A DNA stretch of 64,000 nt, from assembly GCA_965153355.1 (NCBI GenBank), contig OZ231126.1, forward strand, positions 26,536,001 to 26,600,000, given 5' to 3'. Shown here piece by piece: positions 13,402-26,439 of this stretch. The stretch's first letter is position 1, and each line of letters begins with the position of its first letter. The notes below the pieces were generated by a model, which searched no databases, was not told the origin of the DNA, and worked only from the letters and a program-made list of their open reading frames with translations. Made by a program: the position numbers and the translations under genes. Source of the DNA: Flaccisagitta enflata. Its lineage: Eukaryota.

Positions 13402-13540
13402 ATTTTTTTCGCCTTTTTTCTCCTGATCCTTTCTTATTTTAGCTCTTTCCGTTTTTAGCTCCGTTATATTTCACCTTTTCCGCGCTTTTTACATTGTCTT
13501 CTCACTTTTCAAATATTCAGGCTCAAATATCCCTCATGGC

Positions 13541-13816
13541 TAATCACCGCAAAAATCGACCCGTATCGGACAAACTGACCGAGACTCCTTCCTGTATCGT
13601 TGACCCGATGACCAGTGTGCCACACCGAGACAGATAGCCGAGACAGACAGGCAGACAGAAAGACAGACAGACAGACAGACAGAACACCGGAACAGACCGC
13701 CGATAGACAATGGGCATAATCAAGGAGAAGAAAGGGAGAGGTCGAGGGGAGACAATGGAGAGAAAAATGTAAGTGTGAATGGAGAATGGGGAAGAGAGAG
13801 AGAGAGAAAGAGAGAA

Positions 13817-13899
<83 letters not shown>

Positions 13900-14363
13900 T
13901 GACTAGCTCATACTCATGCCAAGGACGAATTGAATTGCATTATTAAGAAAAACATTGTGACAAAAATTGCTAATCGAGAAAATAAAACAATATTTGCCCT
14001 CTTTAGCAATTGGTGATATTTTTCTTCAAACCTACACCATTTCTAAACAAATAAAGCAACAGACACCAGACACAACTCAAATGAAAGATATTTTGAAGGG
14101 GTTTACAGGCATCATCAATTTTAATCCATTTTTCTCACGTTATATCGTGTTATGGTTCAGAAAAAAGGTCTTAAAAATCCGCCATTTTAGAATTTGATAA
14201 GTAAACCATGAAAAAAATAGTGAATCGTATCGGAAATCGATATCTAGCTTTATCTAATAATCGATATATAGCTATCTCTTCTCGTATCTATTGGAGACGA
14301 GAATTACCTAGATCGTGCAGTAGATCGTAATCTAGTTTGTACGACCTGTATCGTCAGTGATTA
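13541..14363. mobile_element. Non-autonomous hAT-type element, copy 2
   Basis: Same ends, different 8-bp TSD CTCATGGC (13533-13540, 14364-14371). Differs from copy 1 mainly in (AG)n length and a few substitutions. Confidence 0.92.
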
Positions 14364-14462
14364 CTCATGGCCTAAGTGGCTCAAATTTGGTTTCGTTGCA
14401 CAGACAGTTGAAATTCAACCGAAATTTGCTAGATCACACCTCCTTTGCGACTACTGTTGTTA

Positions 14463-15258
14463 TTTTTGGGCAGCGGCCCCGAAGGGGGCGAAGTCCTGTA
14501 GAACACAGGGGGAAACTGTCCGTCCATACATACATACATACGTCCGTCCGTCCCCCCCCTGCCCCATCCTTAGGGCTTCGTCTCCTTCGGGGCCCAAATT
14601 CAAACTGTATAGCCCAAATCCAAGCAAGATAGCATAAATCCAAGCAAAATAGTTCAAGTCTGGCTAGAAAACCTAAAATCTGGTTTGAGTTCTATCATTT
14701 TGGCCCCTTAGACCTAGATTCTGGCTTCTGATACTTAGATTCTGGCTACTGACACGCACATTCTAGCCTTAGAGACCCAGATCTTGACCTCTGGGATTCT
14801 GATTCTGGCCTTAATCACCTAAATCCTGGCCTCAGAGACCCAAATCCTGGCCTCAGAGACTCAAATCTTGGCCTCTGAGACCAAAAAATTGGTCTCTGAG
14901 ACCACCTCTGGCCTAGGAGACCAAGATTCTGGCATGCTCTCCCTCAACTTAACCTACAAACTACCTAAGAAGGGCATGGGTACTGTTGTCCATATACTGC
15001 CTTTTGTCATTTCTCCATGTTATTCAATGAGTGTTTGAATAACAGGTCATCTTGGACAGAAGTAAGGCAGACAGGACCAGCGGACGGACAGACGGACATT
15101 CAGACAGACGGACGGACGGATGGATGGACAGATTCCCCCTGTGTTCTACAGGACTTCGTCCCCTTTGGGGCCGCTGCCCTGCTCCTTCTCAACCTAAATC
15201 ACATACTACTCAGGCAGGGCACGGGTACCGCTGACCACTTACTGCCTTTGGGCTGCTA
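14463..15258 (+). mobile_element. HINE-like group B composite (two 3' ends, at ~15005 and ~15258)
   Basis: TTTTTGGGCAGCGGCCCCGAAGGGG start, 21-bp GGCCTCAGAGACCCAAATCCT repeats, inverted copy of the 5' block at ~15135-15180, GGGTACCGCTGACC end. Confidence 0.75.
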
Positions 15259-16327
15259 TTCATTTTTATTTTTATTTATTTTTTTTTCTTTCTTTCTTCT
15301 TTTCAATGAACCATGTAGTCTAGTCTGTAACTGTACATTCCTAGAAATGTCGTTTATTGTTTCGGGGGGATGGGATTGGACTTTTTGTTTAATCCATATC
15401 GTCCCTTTGTGCATGTTTGTACAATAAATGTCCATCAAATCAAAAAACCTCCAGGGCTATCCACAGGAGGGCCCCCAAAAACTAATTTTACATAAGAAGC
15501 ACAGGAGTATAAAGTTTTTTTGTCAAATGCTTATCGAAGGAACTTCTTACACAATCTTTTTTTAAAAATTATTTACTACAAACACCAACTAATTAAAGAA
15601 TGATTTCTGTCGGGCCCCACTGCCTATTGTTACAGAGCCCCGGCCTGTCTGTGATGGGCCCTGCACACCGTTCAGATTTTTAATCATCTTTTTTTTGTGG
15701 GAAAGAAATTCTCGCATCGAAACATTGTTCATATTTGGACATGACATGACATGAGATGAATCATGTCTTTTGACTTTGCACCCCCGATTCCCGTCAACTA
15801 AGTTACCAGTCAGTGCAGTGCACACTGCACAACCTGACATCTTTCTCCCCCATATCGTCCGCCTCTTCTACCCATATGTGACACAATCTGATCTTTTGGG
15901 CTTCAAAGCCCTTTCCCCATCTGCATATACACCTGCCTTGCTGAGCTATACATACTCAACTGCAACAACACATGACCTTCTGGGATTCATCTATCTTTAC
16001 CACAGCCTGTCCTCTTTAATTCCAAACTGTCCTCCATCTGTAACACGGCCTGACCTTATGAGCCCTCCATCTGTATTCGCTCTCTTTCATCTGTAACACA
16101 GCGTGACCTCATGAGCCTCAAATTCACCCCCATTCTGACTTGTCGACAAAAAAATCGGTGATTCTGTTCCTTCGGGACGTGAAACAAGTTGGGGAAGTTT
16201 GATGAGAAGAGGGTTTATTCACAAACGCGGTTGAATGCAATGGGCAACTGACTTACCTACTAACTCACACACTAAATTCGCCAAAACCGCGCGATATTTG
16301 TTGGAAGATGAAAGAGGAGGAAGCAGC

Positions 16328-16720
16328 AAGAAGAAGAAGAAGAAGAAGAAGAAGAAGAAGAAGAAGAAGAAGAAGAAGAGGAAGAGGAAGAAGAAGAAGA
16401 AGAAGAAGAAGAAGAAGAAAAAGAAAAAGAAAAAGAAAAAGAAAAAGAAAAAGAAAAAGAAAAAGAAGAAGATGAAGATGAAGATGAAGATGAAGATGAA
16501 GATGAAGAAGAAGAAGAAGAAGAAGAAGAAAGGCCAAGAAAGGCCAAGCAGCAAGAAGAAGAAGAAGAAGAAGAAGACGAAGAGGAAGAAGAAGAAGAAG
16601 ACGAAGAAGAAGAAAAAGAAAAAGAAAAAGAAAAAGAAAAAGAAAAAGAAAAAGAAAAGATGAAGATGAAGATGAAGATGAAGATGAAGATGAAGAAGAA
16701 GAAGAAGAAGAAGAGGATGA
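16328..16720. repeat. Compound (GAA)n/(GAAAAA)n/(GATGAA)n microsatellite
   Basis: Direct reading. The GCAGCAAG-(GAA)-(GAAAAA)-(GATGAA)-(GAA)-AGGCCAA pattern occurs twice. Confidence 0.95.
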
Positions 16721-16723
16721 AGA

Positions 16724-17173
16724 AAGGCCAACACTTATAGCTTAATCATATAACCACATGACTAAAATGACTTTCATTGAATCTAATTGACTTAAAATGA
16801 TCTAAAATGACCAAAAATGACCTAAAAAGACTTGAGTTGACCTAAAATGACTAAAATGACTTAAATTTACTACAAATGACTTCAAATGACTAAAATTGAC
16901 TTAGAATGACTTGAATTGACTAAAAGAGACCTAATTTGACTTAAAATCACTAAAATGAGTAAAATAGATAAAACGACTCAAATGACTTAAACTGACCTAA
17001 AATGACTTAAAATGATCTTTTTTAACTTAAAATGACTTCATTGTCTTAATAGGAATGAAACGAAAAAAAATGTAAAATGTGACTGACCAACCAACCAACC
17101 AACCAACCTACCGACCAACTGATGGACGGACGGACAAATCGGGTTGAAGAGTCGTGTAGCACGTTACTAAAAA
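16724..17173 (-). mobile_element. HINE-like group A copy with AAAATGACY satellite
   Basis: Ends match 34141-35921 in reverse (AAGGCCAACAC...; GAGTCGTGTAGCACGTTACTAAAAA), with a degenerate form of the same 9-10-bp satellite. Confidence 0.75.
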
Positions 17174-17871
17174 GCAAAAGCAAAAGCAAAAGAAGAAGGA
17201 GAGGGAAAAGAAAAAAAATACAAATGGAAAGAAAATTTTAAAAAGTGACGCGGGGTCACAATATCATTGCGGACGGGTGGACAGGGGCATCCAACCCAGA
17301 TTATCACCCAAACTCCTACCCCACATATAAACATACACGAAAAGTATCCAAAATGATCGTTTTTCCACTTTTCGACTCAATCAACGGATTTTTGACAAAC
17401 CAACGGATGGGCGGACGGACGGAAAAGGCCGCTTATAGAGTTGCGTGTCCGAAACTAAAAAGTGGGAAGGAGGAGTGAAAGGAGTAAAGAAGCAGAGAAG
17501 AGCTTGGAACGGCGTTTTGGTCTGATCTTTGATTCCCCGGTCGAAAAGATTGCCTCAAAAACATATTCGACATGCAAATCAATCGTCTCAGAGGAACTCT
17601 GTCCTCCTGTCCCCCAGTCCATCTCACACACATACACAAGCATGCTTTGGCACCGTGGGATAAGTGTGAAATCACATTTCGTTAGTCGTTACTTCACAAA
17701 GTTTGGATAAGTGACGGCACTTCTACACTCTCAGACGCGCCTCCCATCCAATTGTCCATCCCGTTCAAGTCTCCATCGAGTATGCGTAAGAATATAGCCT
17801 AATGTAACTCTCCTTATTCTTTTTTGGTTCGCCGTTTCTTAAATCAACCCCTTGCTATTTATCGTCGTTGT

Positions 17872-18355
17872 CGTTTGTCACCCCATCCAGTGCTCAGAAG
17901 CGAGACTAGGATATGTTGTATCACCATCCTCTTTACCGTCGATGTCGATTGTCACCCCATCCAATGCTCAAAAGCGAGGCTAGGATATGTTGAATCACCA
18001 CCCTCTTTACCGTTGATGTTGTTCAAGACACCATCCAGTGCTCAAAAAGTGAGGTTAGGATATGTTGTTTCATCACCCTCTTTACTGTCAATGTCTATCG
18101 TCGCCCCATCCAGTGCTCAAATAGTGAGGCTAGGATATGTTGAATCACCAACCTTTTTACCATCAATGTCGATCGTCACCCCATCCAGTGCTCAAAAAGT
18201 GAGGCTAGGATATGTTGTATCACCACCCTCTTTTCCGTTGATGTTGATCGTCACCCCATCCAGTGCTCAAAAAGTGAGGCTAGGATATGTTGTATCACCA
18301 CCCTCTTTACCGTCGATGTTGATCGTCACCCCATCCAGTGCTCAAAAGCGAGGCT
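17872..18355. repeat. 75-bp minisatellite (~6.5 copies)
   Basis: GTCACCCCATCCAGTGCTCAAAAAGTGAGGCTAGGATATGTTG...-like units starting at ~17877, 17951, 18100, 18175, 18250, 18325. Confidence 0.92.
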
Positions 18356-18481
18356 TCGGTCCCGCGAGGCGCAAACTTTTTCATTATCATTCAGTTCCAC
18401 CCCTTTTCTGATGAATTCATCCCAAATTCGAATCTAGCGCTCAAAATGGATGAGAAAGAGAGAGATGGATGGAGAAAAGTA

Positions 18482-18581
<100 letters not shown>

Positions 18582-19305
18582 ACAAAAAAGAAAAAAGAAA
18601 TACGCCGAAGGAGTAGAGTAGATGCTGATATCGGAGGAACTGGTGATAGTGAATGGAGGAGAGTGAAAACGAACAGAAAAAGAAACACGATTCTAATACT
18701 CCTTTTTACCTCAAACTGCTTTTAGAATAGGGGGTTCCCTTTTCTAAGGTCATTCAAAATTGCACACACATAGAGACAGGAATAAACTGAATGAATAGGA
18801 TTCTCAAAAGAGACCTTCGCGCATTCGTAAGTATTGAAAAGAGAAGTTTTTTTTCTTTTTCTTTTTCTTTTTCTTTTTCTTTTTCTTTTCATCGCTCTTT
18901 TATTCCCATGTGTAAAACGTGTATGCTATCGATGCGCTTTTAACAAAGAATGAAACTTATTTACCCATGTTGCTTTAAACACTTTTTTCCTTATTCTGTA
19001 CAAACTGCGAATTACGCATTTCATTTTCTATAGATACATTTGCTGTTAATAATACCTATACTCGTAAACTGCCTTCCCCATGAATCATAGGCCATGATGC
19101 ATCCAGTACCTTTAGACATCCGTTTCCAGTAACCGCATTTAGTCGTTTTTGCGTTACTAATCAATATTTTACATTGACAACGACCTTTTCCACGCCCTCC
19201 TTCTATCTCCTCATCTTTTACTCGTCTTTTACGTGTCATTTTCCCTTCCACCTTTCCCGCCAATTTCCTCAACTCTTTATTCATCTCATCCCTGCCCATT
19301 TTTAC

Positions 19306-20253
19306 ATTTGTTTTTCTTTAAAACGTGGAATGCGATGTCTACTTATTTCAGTGTTTGGGGTTGACACAAAATTTTTAAGAAGGTTGTTTCAGGAGGAATA
19401 GTGTCTCAGTTTCTAGCTTTAATTGGTATATGAGGATCATGAGAATGTGCCCAGATGGATATGGTCACCTTCGTCCCGCCATATTTATCAAGCGTATTTT
19501 TGTTGTCAGCATATCTCATTTTTAGAAAGAAAAAGGTGATACTGTTTCAAATGTGACATGATTTTTCTGAAATTCTATGATAATTATCAGTTGGATTTTC
19601 TCTAAGAAAAGTTAAAGGATAGTTGTGATGGGTCCGGATTAAACACCATTGAGAGCTCCAAAGGCTCTCATCCTTTGATAAGTAAGTGGTAGAGTAGTGA
19701 TATTGTCCATCTTTCATATATTATAGTACCTTGGTACAGAATGCCGGCGGTCCCGTAATAAGGTTGATCCTCGATTCTTACCTTTAAGGGTATGTTTTTC
19801 TGACAATGTTACCTTTGATAATATGATTATCGTTTGGTAATTTGTTTTTCTTTAAAACGTGGAATGCGATGTCTACTTATTTCAGTGTTTGGGGTTGACA
19901 CAAAATTTTTAAGAAGGTTGTTTCAGGAGGAATAGTGTCTCAGTTTCTAGCTTTTATTGGTATATGAGGATCATGAGAATGTGCCCAGATGGATATGGTC
20001 ACCTTCGTCCCGCCATATTTATCAAGCGTATTTTTGTTGTCAGCATATCTCATTTTTAGAAAGAAAACGGTGATACTGTTTCAAATGTGACATGATTTTT
20101 CTGAAATTCTATGATAATTACCAGTTGGATTTTCTATAGGAAAAGTTAAAGGATAGTTGTGATGGGTCCGGATTAAACACCATTGAGAGCTCCAAAGGCT
20201 CTCATCCTTTGAAAAGTAAGTGGTAGAGTAGTGATATTGTCCATCTTTCATAT
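19306..20253. repeat. 534-bp tandem repeat (1.8 copies)
   Basis: 19306-19719 recurs at 19840-20253; diverged relatives of parts of the unit at ~11455-11740. Confidence 0.9.
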
Positions 20254-20905
20254 CTTTCTTTTCGGCCCGCACCCCCTTCGCCAAACTTGACGCGCGCTAT
20301 TTCTAGATAAGCCCAATATTTCTTAAAAAAACGGTTGTAGGTCGGTCGGTAGATCCATAGGTCTCTTAACTGTACAAGTTTGAGGATTACTCTCGCCTAA
20401 CAAATATCAAGCATCTCAAGAAGGGGCATCTTTTGTGCAACTCTTCGCCTTGTTCCCCTTTTTCCTAAAATCTAGCTCCCGTTTTCCCGACCCTGGTTCT
20501 CTTTGCTCTTTCCCACTTTTCACAACCCTTATTTCATGTATTTTGCGTCCCCCCCCCCCCATTGTCGAACCCCCGTTTCATACCATCCCATTTCATCCCT
20601 CCCTCCTTTCCGACCCTTCGTCCTATAGCTTTTTCCCATTTCTTCAAACCCCCATGGCTCCATCAAATGTTTTCCGTCTTACCTCCACCCCCTTTATCAA
20701 GCCCCGCTTTCCTCCGTTACTTTTAAACTCCCAGCCCCCTCCCTCATCCCTCATCCCTCCATCCCCGTGATCGTTTTCGTCCCGCTCCTACGTCGGTTGG
20801 AGGGTGCGGCTTCGGCACATCGGCCGCCGATGCCGCTTTTGAATTTGAGAGCGCGGATAGAGACTACTTAATTATGGATACAGTCTTGTAACAAGTCGCC
20901 GTTCT

Positions 20906-21158
<253 letters not shown>

Positions 21159-21690
21159 CATTGCGCATTGAACCGATATCCTCCTTGCTCTCCAATTTCT
21201 GTTCTTTGACTGATGCCCCCATTCGTCCCCTTCTCTTTATTCCCCACTAGCCCCATCCACGATACCCTAAAACTCTGCGCCCTTTTTTTGCCCACTTAGA
21301 AGTCAAAAGCGTTCTCCGTTTCCTTTCCATTCCCAATTCTGTCAGTATCTCAATATCAGTCGGTATGCCTGTCTTTTCTCGATCTGTATGACAGCACTCA
21401 CTAAACCCAAACTGGGTAAAATGTAAGAGAGTCCAATGAACCCTTACTGACTCGTTACTGCGCGTATCAGTCATGTTTTTCCAGTAAGTAAAAACATCTC
21501 TATGAGCAGAAAGCTTGTGAGAGCCTTCAACTCAGCGCCGTAGGCGTGCTTTTGTACATTTTGGTCTCACGAGCCCATCTGCCAGAATCAATATTTCACA
21601 ACATCACTGAGTCAGTCTGAGTGAGTGTTACGATCTGTCTTACAATTCACGCGTTTTGTATGAATGTCATTCCCTCGCGTTTGTTCTAAG

Positions 21691-21916
21691 AACAAGGCCG
21701 GATACACGGCTACCACAGTCGCGTGCGGGTGGGCAGGGGCCGTATTTGAGGTCACTTGATCACTTGGGCAGGAGCAGTGAGGCCATAGACCGCAAAAATC
21801 CATAAAAAAGTAAATTGTGACGGACGGACGGATGGACGGACCGACGGACGGACAGACGGATGGACCGACGGACGGACCGACAAAGCGGGGTGTAGAGTCG
21901 CGTAGCACGCGACTAA
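21691..21916 (-). mobile_element. HINE-like group A short copy (GTCGCGTG subtype)
   Basis: AACAAGGCCGGATACACGGC...(GACG)n...AGTCGCGTAGCACGCGACTAA. Homologues at 39023-39226, 59498-59699, 59856-60040, 60733-60910, 63921-64000. Confidence 0.85.
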
Positions 21917-22498
21917 TTACGTGATACTTGGTGTAAAGAGCATGTACAGATCTGGTGCAACTCTTGCCGCTGTAGTGCAGCAAGCTAAATTGGGATCGAG
22001 TTTGCGTGTTCTCAACGTTCACTATCGTGCTTCTTTTGCTGCTATGCTGCAGCAAGCTATTCTAGCTTCTTGTCACTGTCATCAAATAAACAAACCCCAG
22101 CAGTACAGTACCCATCGTCATGCCATTCTAGTCGTTCACCGTATAGTGTAGCTAGTTGTCTCCGTTTTATATACTATGTTGTGTTTTAGTGGTTTTAATG
22201 TTTTCATCAGCGTTTCCTCTGTTTCACACAAGACTATGTCTTGTCGAGTGACTTTTGATTCCCCATCCCCCATCCCCCATCCCCCATCCCCCATCCCCCA
22301 ATACAGACATTCACTTTTTCACGCATCCGCTCTCTCTCATCCTTTTGTTGTTCAACGCCCTCCCCCCTCCCCTCCCCCCTCCCCTCCCATTCTGTTTCTT
22401 CGTTTCTTCTCCCAACTGTTGGACACAATGGGATTCGGCAGAAGGATTTCCCAACGAGGTTTTCACAAAAGCGCCGATTCTCTGACGCTCATACTCAC

Positions 22499-22559
22499 GG
22501 CTGCCGCATCCGCCGCCGCCACAGCATCCGCAGCTGCGACCGCAGCTCAGTTGCAGCAT
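22499..22559 (-). CDS. Candidate first coding exon segment MLQLSCGRSCGCCGGGGCGS (exon 22636-22499), gene unknown
   Basis: Acceptor ttttttcttttCAG, donor GTGAGT, start context CAACAAAATG, upstream in-frame stop, locally GC-rich. No homology recognised. Confidence 0.35.
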
Positions 22560-23618
22560 TTTGTTGCAGCTGCTCACAAACTCTCAAGTCAAAATTTGGA
22601 TTTTTTTTTCTCTTGATTTTTTTTTTTCATTCTCAGCTGAAAAGAAAAAAATGAGAGGCAGGAAAAAATTTCGATGAAACGGAGAAAAAAAGGACGAAAA
22701 AAAAATCAGAAGGAAGTGAGCCAAGAAGAAAAAATAAGAGGGGGGGGGGGGAAGGGAAAGAATCTTATTTGCGGGAATGAATGAAAAGACGATTATCCAT
22801 TCGGATAAATGAACTGAACCTGAATGACATCATATGGGGGTGCTCGAATTGTTCCAATCGTATTCTCGAACAGCTACTGGTTCTATACGGTTATACAAAC
22901 GTCCGAAATATAGCATAACCATTCTAAAAACAGGATGTAACGTACTGGGAAATTATAGAAGAGAAAGAACAAAGTGTCTTTTCGTTATTTTGGTACAATT
23001 GAAATAAAAATGAGAGACAATTTTTTCATGTGCACCCAGCAACCTTTAGACTAAACCATGTCCGTCCATCTGTGGATCGAGTCAGCGTCGAGTACCTTGT
23101 CCTACCTCGCCTCTTGGCTTACGTGGCCATGTTTTTAGATAGCCTCTATTTTCATCATAATCTGAATGTACCTTTTTCGGTCCATTTCTGATGTCTGTTC
23201 TGATCACAAACTATCAAAGGAAACGAAAAAAAGGTACTTTTTTTATTCATCTTTGTTGATAGAAAAAAAGTCAGGTTAAATCTTCCAAAATACTGATGGA
23301 TCGCTGACATGACATACAAGTCATGTCATAAATCTGATTGATCGCGTACATGACATGTAAGCCTTGTCATCCATCTTGCTTTCTGCTTTTTTTTCTGGGA
23401 ATGAAAAAACGTCTACATATTCTATCACACTTTTTTCTCCCAAATTCTACTTTAGTTCTTTTGTTTATGTTTGTAACCAACAGCGCCTCGGGCAACATGA
23501 CGGCCAAAACATGAAGTGAATAGGAATAACGTTGCATGACAAGGATAATCCGGAGCTTAAGCTGGGGATTAAAACAACGAAAACAGAAACGGAATGAAGA
23601 GAGATAAAAGATTCAAAT

Positions 23619-23694
<76 letters not shown>

Positions 23695-23754
23695 AGAGAG
23701 AATGAGAGAGAGAGACAGAGACAGAGAAATACAGAGAGAGCCAGAGAGATAGAC

Positions 23755-23817
<63 letters not shown>

Positions 23818-23854
23818 GAGTGACAGAGAGGGACGTTAAATTGAATGATGTTTG

Positions 23855-24127
23855 TTTTTTAGTTGCGGACACGCAACTCTATAAGATGCTTTGTCCGTCA
23901 ATCCGTCGGTCCATCGGTCCGTCGGTACGTCGGTCCGTCCGTCCGTCCGTCCGTCCGTCCGTCAGTCAGCACAAGTCGAAAAGTGGGAAAACCAGCGTTT
24001 TAGAAGCTATCTGTTTATGTGTCTTTGTTGGGAAAGGGGTTGCGTCGGATGTTTGGTGCGGATGGGGGTTGGACGCCCCTACCTACCCACCCGTGCGCAA
24101 CGATATTGTGACCCTGCGTCACTTGTT
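23855..24127 (+). mobile_element. HINE-like group A copy
   Basis: TTTTTTAGTTGCGGACACGCAACT hairpin, (GTCC)n, 3' GCGCAAC subTIR and GTGACCCTGCGTCAC hairpin followed by TTGTT. Confidence 0.85.
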
Positions 24128-24883
24128 ATGTTTCCTTCAGTCTAATTAGTGTAAAATCTGAGCAAAGCCAAGTAAACTTTAAGTCCCAAGAACTCCGATT
24201 TGCGTCAGATCGTCACTCGTGAGATCGTCACTGAATTTGTCCGAGTATGAGTTTTTCACCACTTCGCCAGCGATCTGGCAAGTATTTGATTATGAAAATA
24301 CTTTGAAAAAAATTGTCGACCTGACGGCACGCCTCCCAAGTAAAGGCTCGACAAGGTGGAAGACCAGTTAACATAGAGGCGGAGAGTCCAGGCCAGAACT
24401 GATTACCAATACAAACAAGCAGGTGATAGGGGCAAGCGCAGTGATAAAAGAGGCTAACAAAGAGTTGGGCAGGAGCAGTAATGCAAAAACTGCCAATAGA
24501 ATCCAAAAAAGCTAAGTGGAACCGACCATCCGACCGACGCACAGTGCTGCCAATCTGTTTTTTTCGACGCATGAAGCGTAGTGAGTGAGTTCATCTTCCA
24601 AAGAGAGCAAAAAAGATAATATGCTCAACCTGGCAACAAACCTAGCAATACTGTTCATAATCTAGGTTACAAGATTATCTAAAAATGATAAAGTTCATAA
24701 TTTTTTATATGGTTATTACATATTTATACGAGAAGCATTTTAATTTTTGAGAGCTGAAAAATTTCAATTTCGTCAGACAGTGCGAGGAGTTGCGTAACCA
24801 AATAACATAAGAAAATTGTAATGTAAGAAGGGATGTAACACTGAAGATGATGGTAAGCTTAACAATGACGACGACGACAATGA

Positions 24884-24926
<43 letters not shown>

Positions 24927-24980
24927 AGAAATATGAATATGATTGTTCAAGAAAGAGTAAAGAAGAAAAAGAAAAAGAGC

Positions 24981-25044
<64 letters not shown>

Positions 25045-25578
25045 ACAACAACAAGGCTATAGGACAGAATGTGAGAAATAGACTCTGATGCCAACCTGTC
25101 CTTGGCTCAAAATTCCAGATGGAGTGCGCCAGCCTTCCAGATGGTAGCTAAAAATTTGTTCGAACATTCCAGATACGTAGCTAAATTTATTGTTTGTTCT
25201 AGATAGGGAAAGATAGGTTGGAATTGATGATAAAAGTGCCAATTCTTTTACTTTTGACCATTATGCATTATTCTTTCTATCATTAAGGTAATAAAATATT
25301 ATTGACCTATGTTTAAATATCAGTTACAAGTATAGAGTGCTCCCTGGCAGCTAGGAAGCCTACGATCTTAAGACTCCTAGGTTTAGGATCTAAGAGTCTT
25401 AGGATCCTAGGTTTCCTAGGCGCACCTAATAAGTGGAAATTGTCTTTTTCTTTACCACCCAAAAGGCGCTGCTCCAATTTTGATCTTTTTTCTTGTGGTT
25501 TGGTCTTTTGAGATGTTTTAATGATACAGTGAGAAATATCCATCGCCAAGCCCCTTTAAGTGCCTTTATAACGCTATT

Positions 25579-25718
25579 TCATTCAACGTCTTACGTCTTA
25601 CGTAATCCTCCTCCTCCCCCCCTCCTCATCATCAGAATCGAACCTTAGGGAAAACAGCCCCTCCTCATTCAACGTCTTACGTCTTCCGTAATCCTCCTCC
25701 TCCCCCCTCTTCATCATC
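25579..25718. repeat. Short direct duplication (~54 bp twice)
   Basis: TCATTCAACGTCTTACGTCTT.CGTAATCCTCCTCCTCCCCC occurs twice. Confidence 0.8.
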
Positions 25719-26361
25719 CACCCACGGAAAACGAAATCCCGAGACCAAATAGGTTAGATTGATATATTATGATTAGATAGAAGGAAAAATAGACAGATCG
25801 ATAGATAGATTAATACATTGTTAGATTCATAGCTAGATTGATAGACAGATTTATAGATAAATTGATAGGTAGATTGATAGATTATACCAAAGGATTTCAG
25901 ATTTGGTCCAAGTTCGAACAGAATAGCTCTCAAGGGTCTCGTTTAGGTTCGATTACTGTCTGTGGGGGGGGGGGGGTGCGCGCGTGCTTGCGTCGTATGC
26001 TTTGCGTGATTATTCTGCGTGTGTCACATTTCCCTATTACTACCATTTATTTCCGTGATAACAAGTCAAGTCGAAACTGCTTTGATCCCTCGCTGCCTCA
26101 AATTTCTTCTATCATCGTTCTTTTCTTTCTGTTCATCTGTTTATGAATTTGTTTTCTCTTTCTTTTTTTCTTTCTTTCTGTGCCTTGTTATTCTTCTCCT
26201 CCTCTTAGATTGTCTGTCTGTCTGTCCGTCTGTCTGTTTACTTGCTTCTTCGTCGCCCTGTCTCTTAGTGTGGCTGTATGTATGTCCGGTTATCTGTCTG
26301 CATTTTTTGAGTCTGAGTTTTTCAGTCTGTGTTTCTGTCCGTCATTCTATATCTGTCTACC

Positions 26362-26439
<78 letters not shown>

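Noticed and set aside
17872-18355. 75-bp periodic repeats as a CRISPR or tRNA array
   Set aside because: The whole unit is repeated with point differences; no spacers and no cloverleaf or A/B boxes recognised.
18405-18435. CTGATGA as a possible hammerhead ribozyme core (also 31173, 41932, 62099 minus)
   Set aside because: No correctly placed GAAA or stems I and III could be built.
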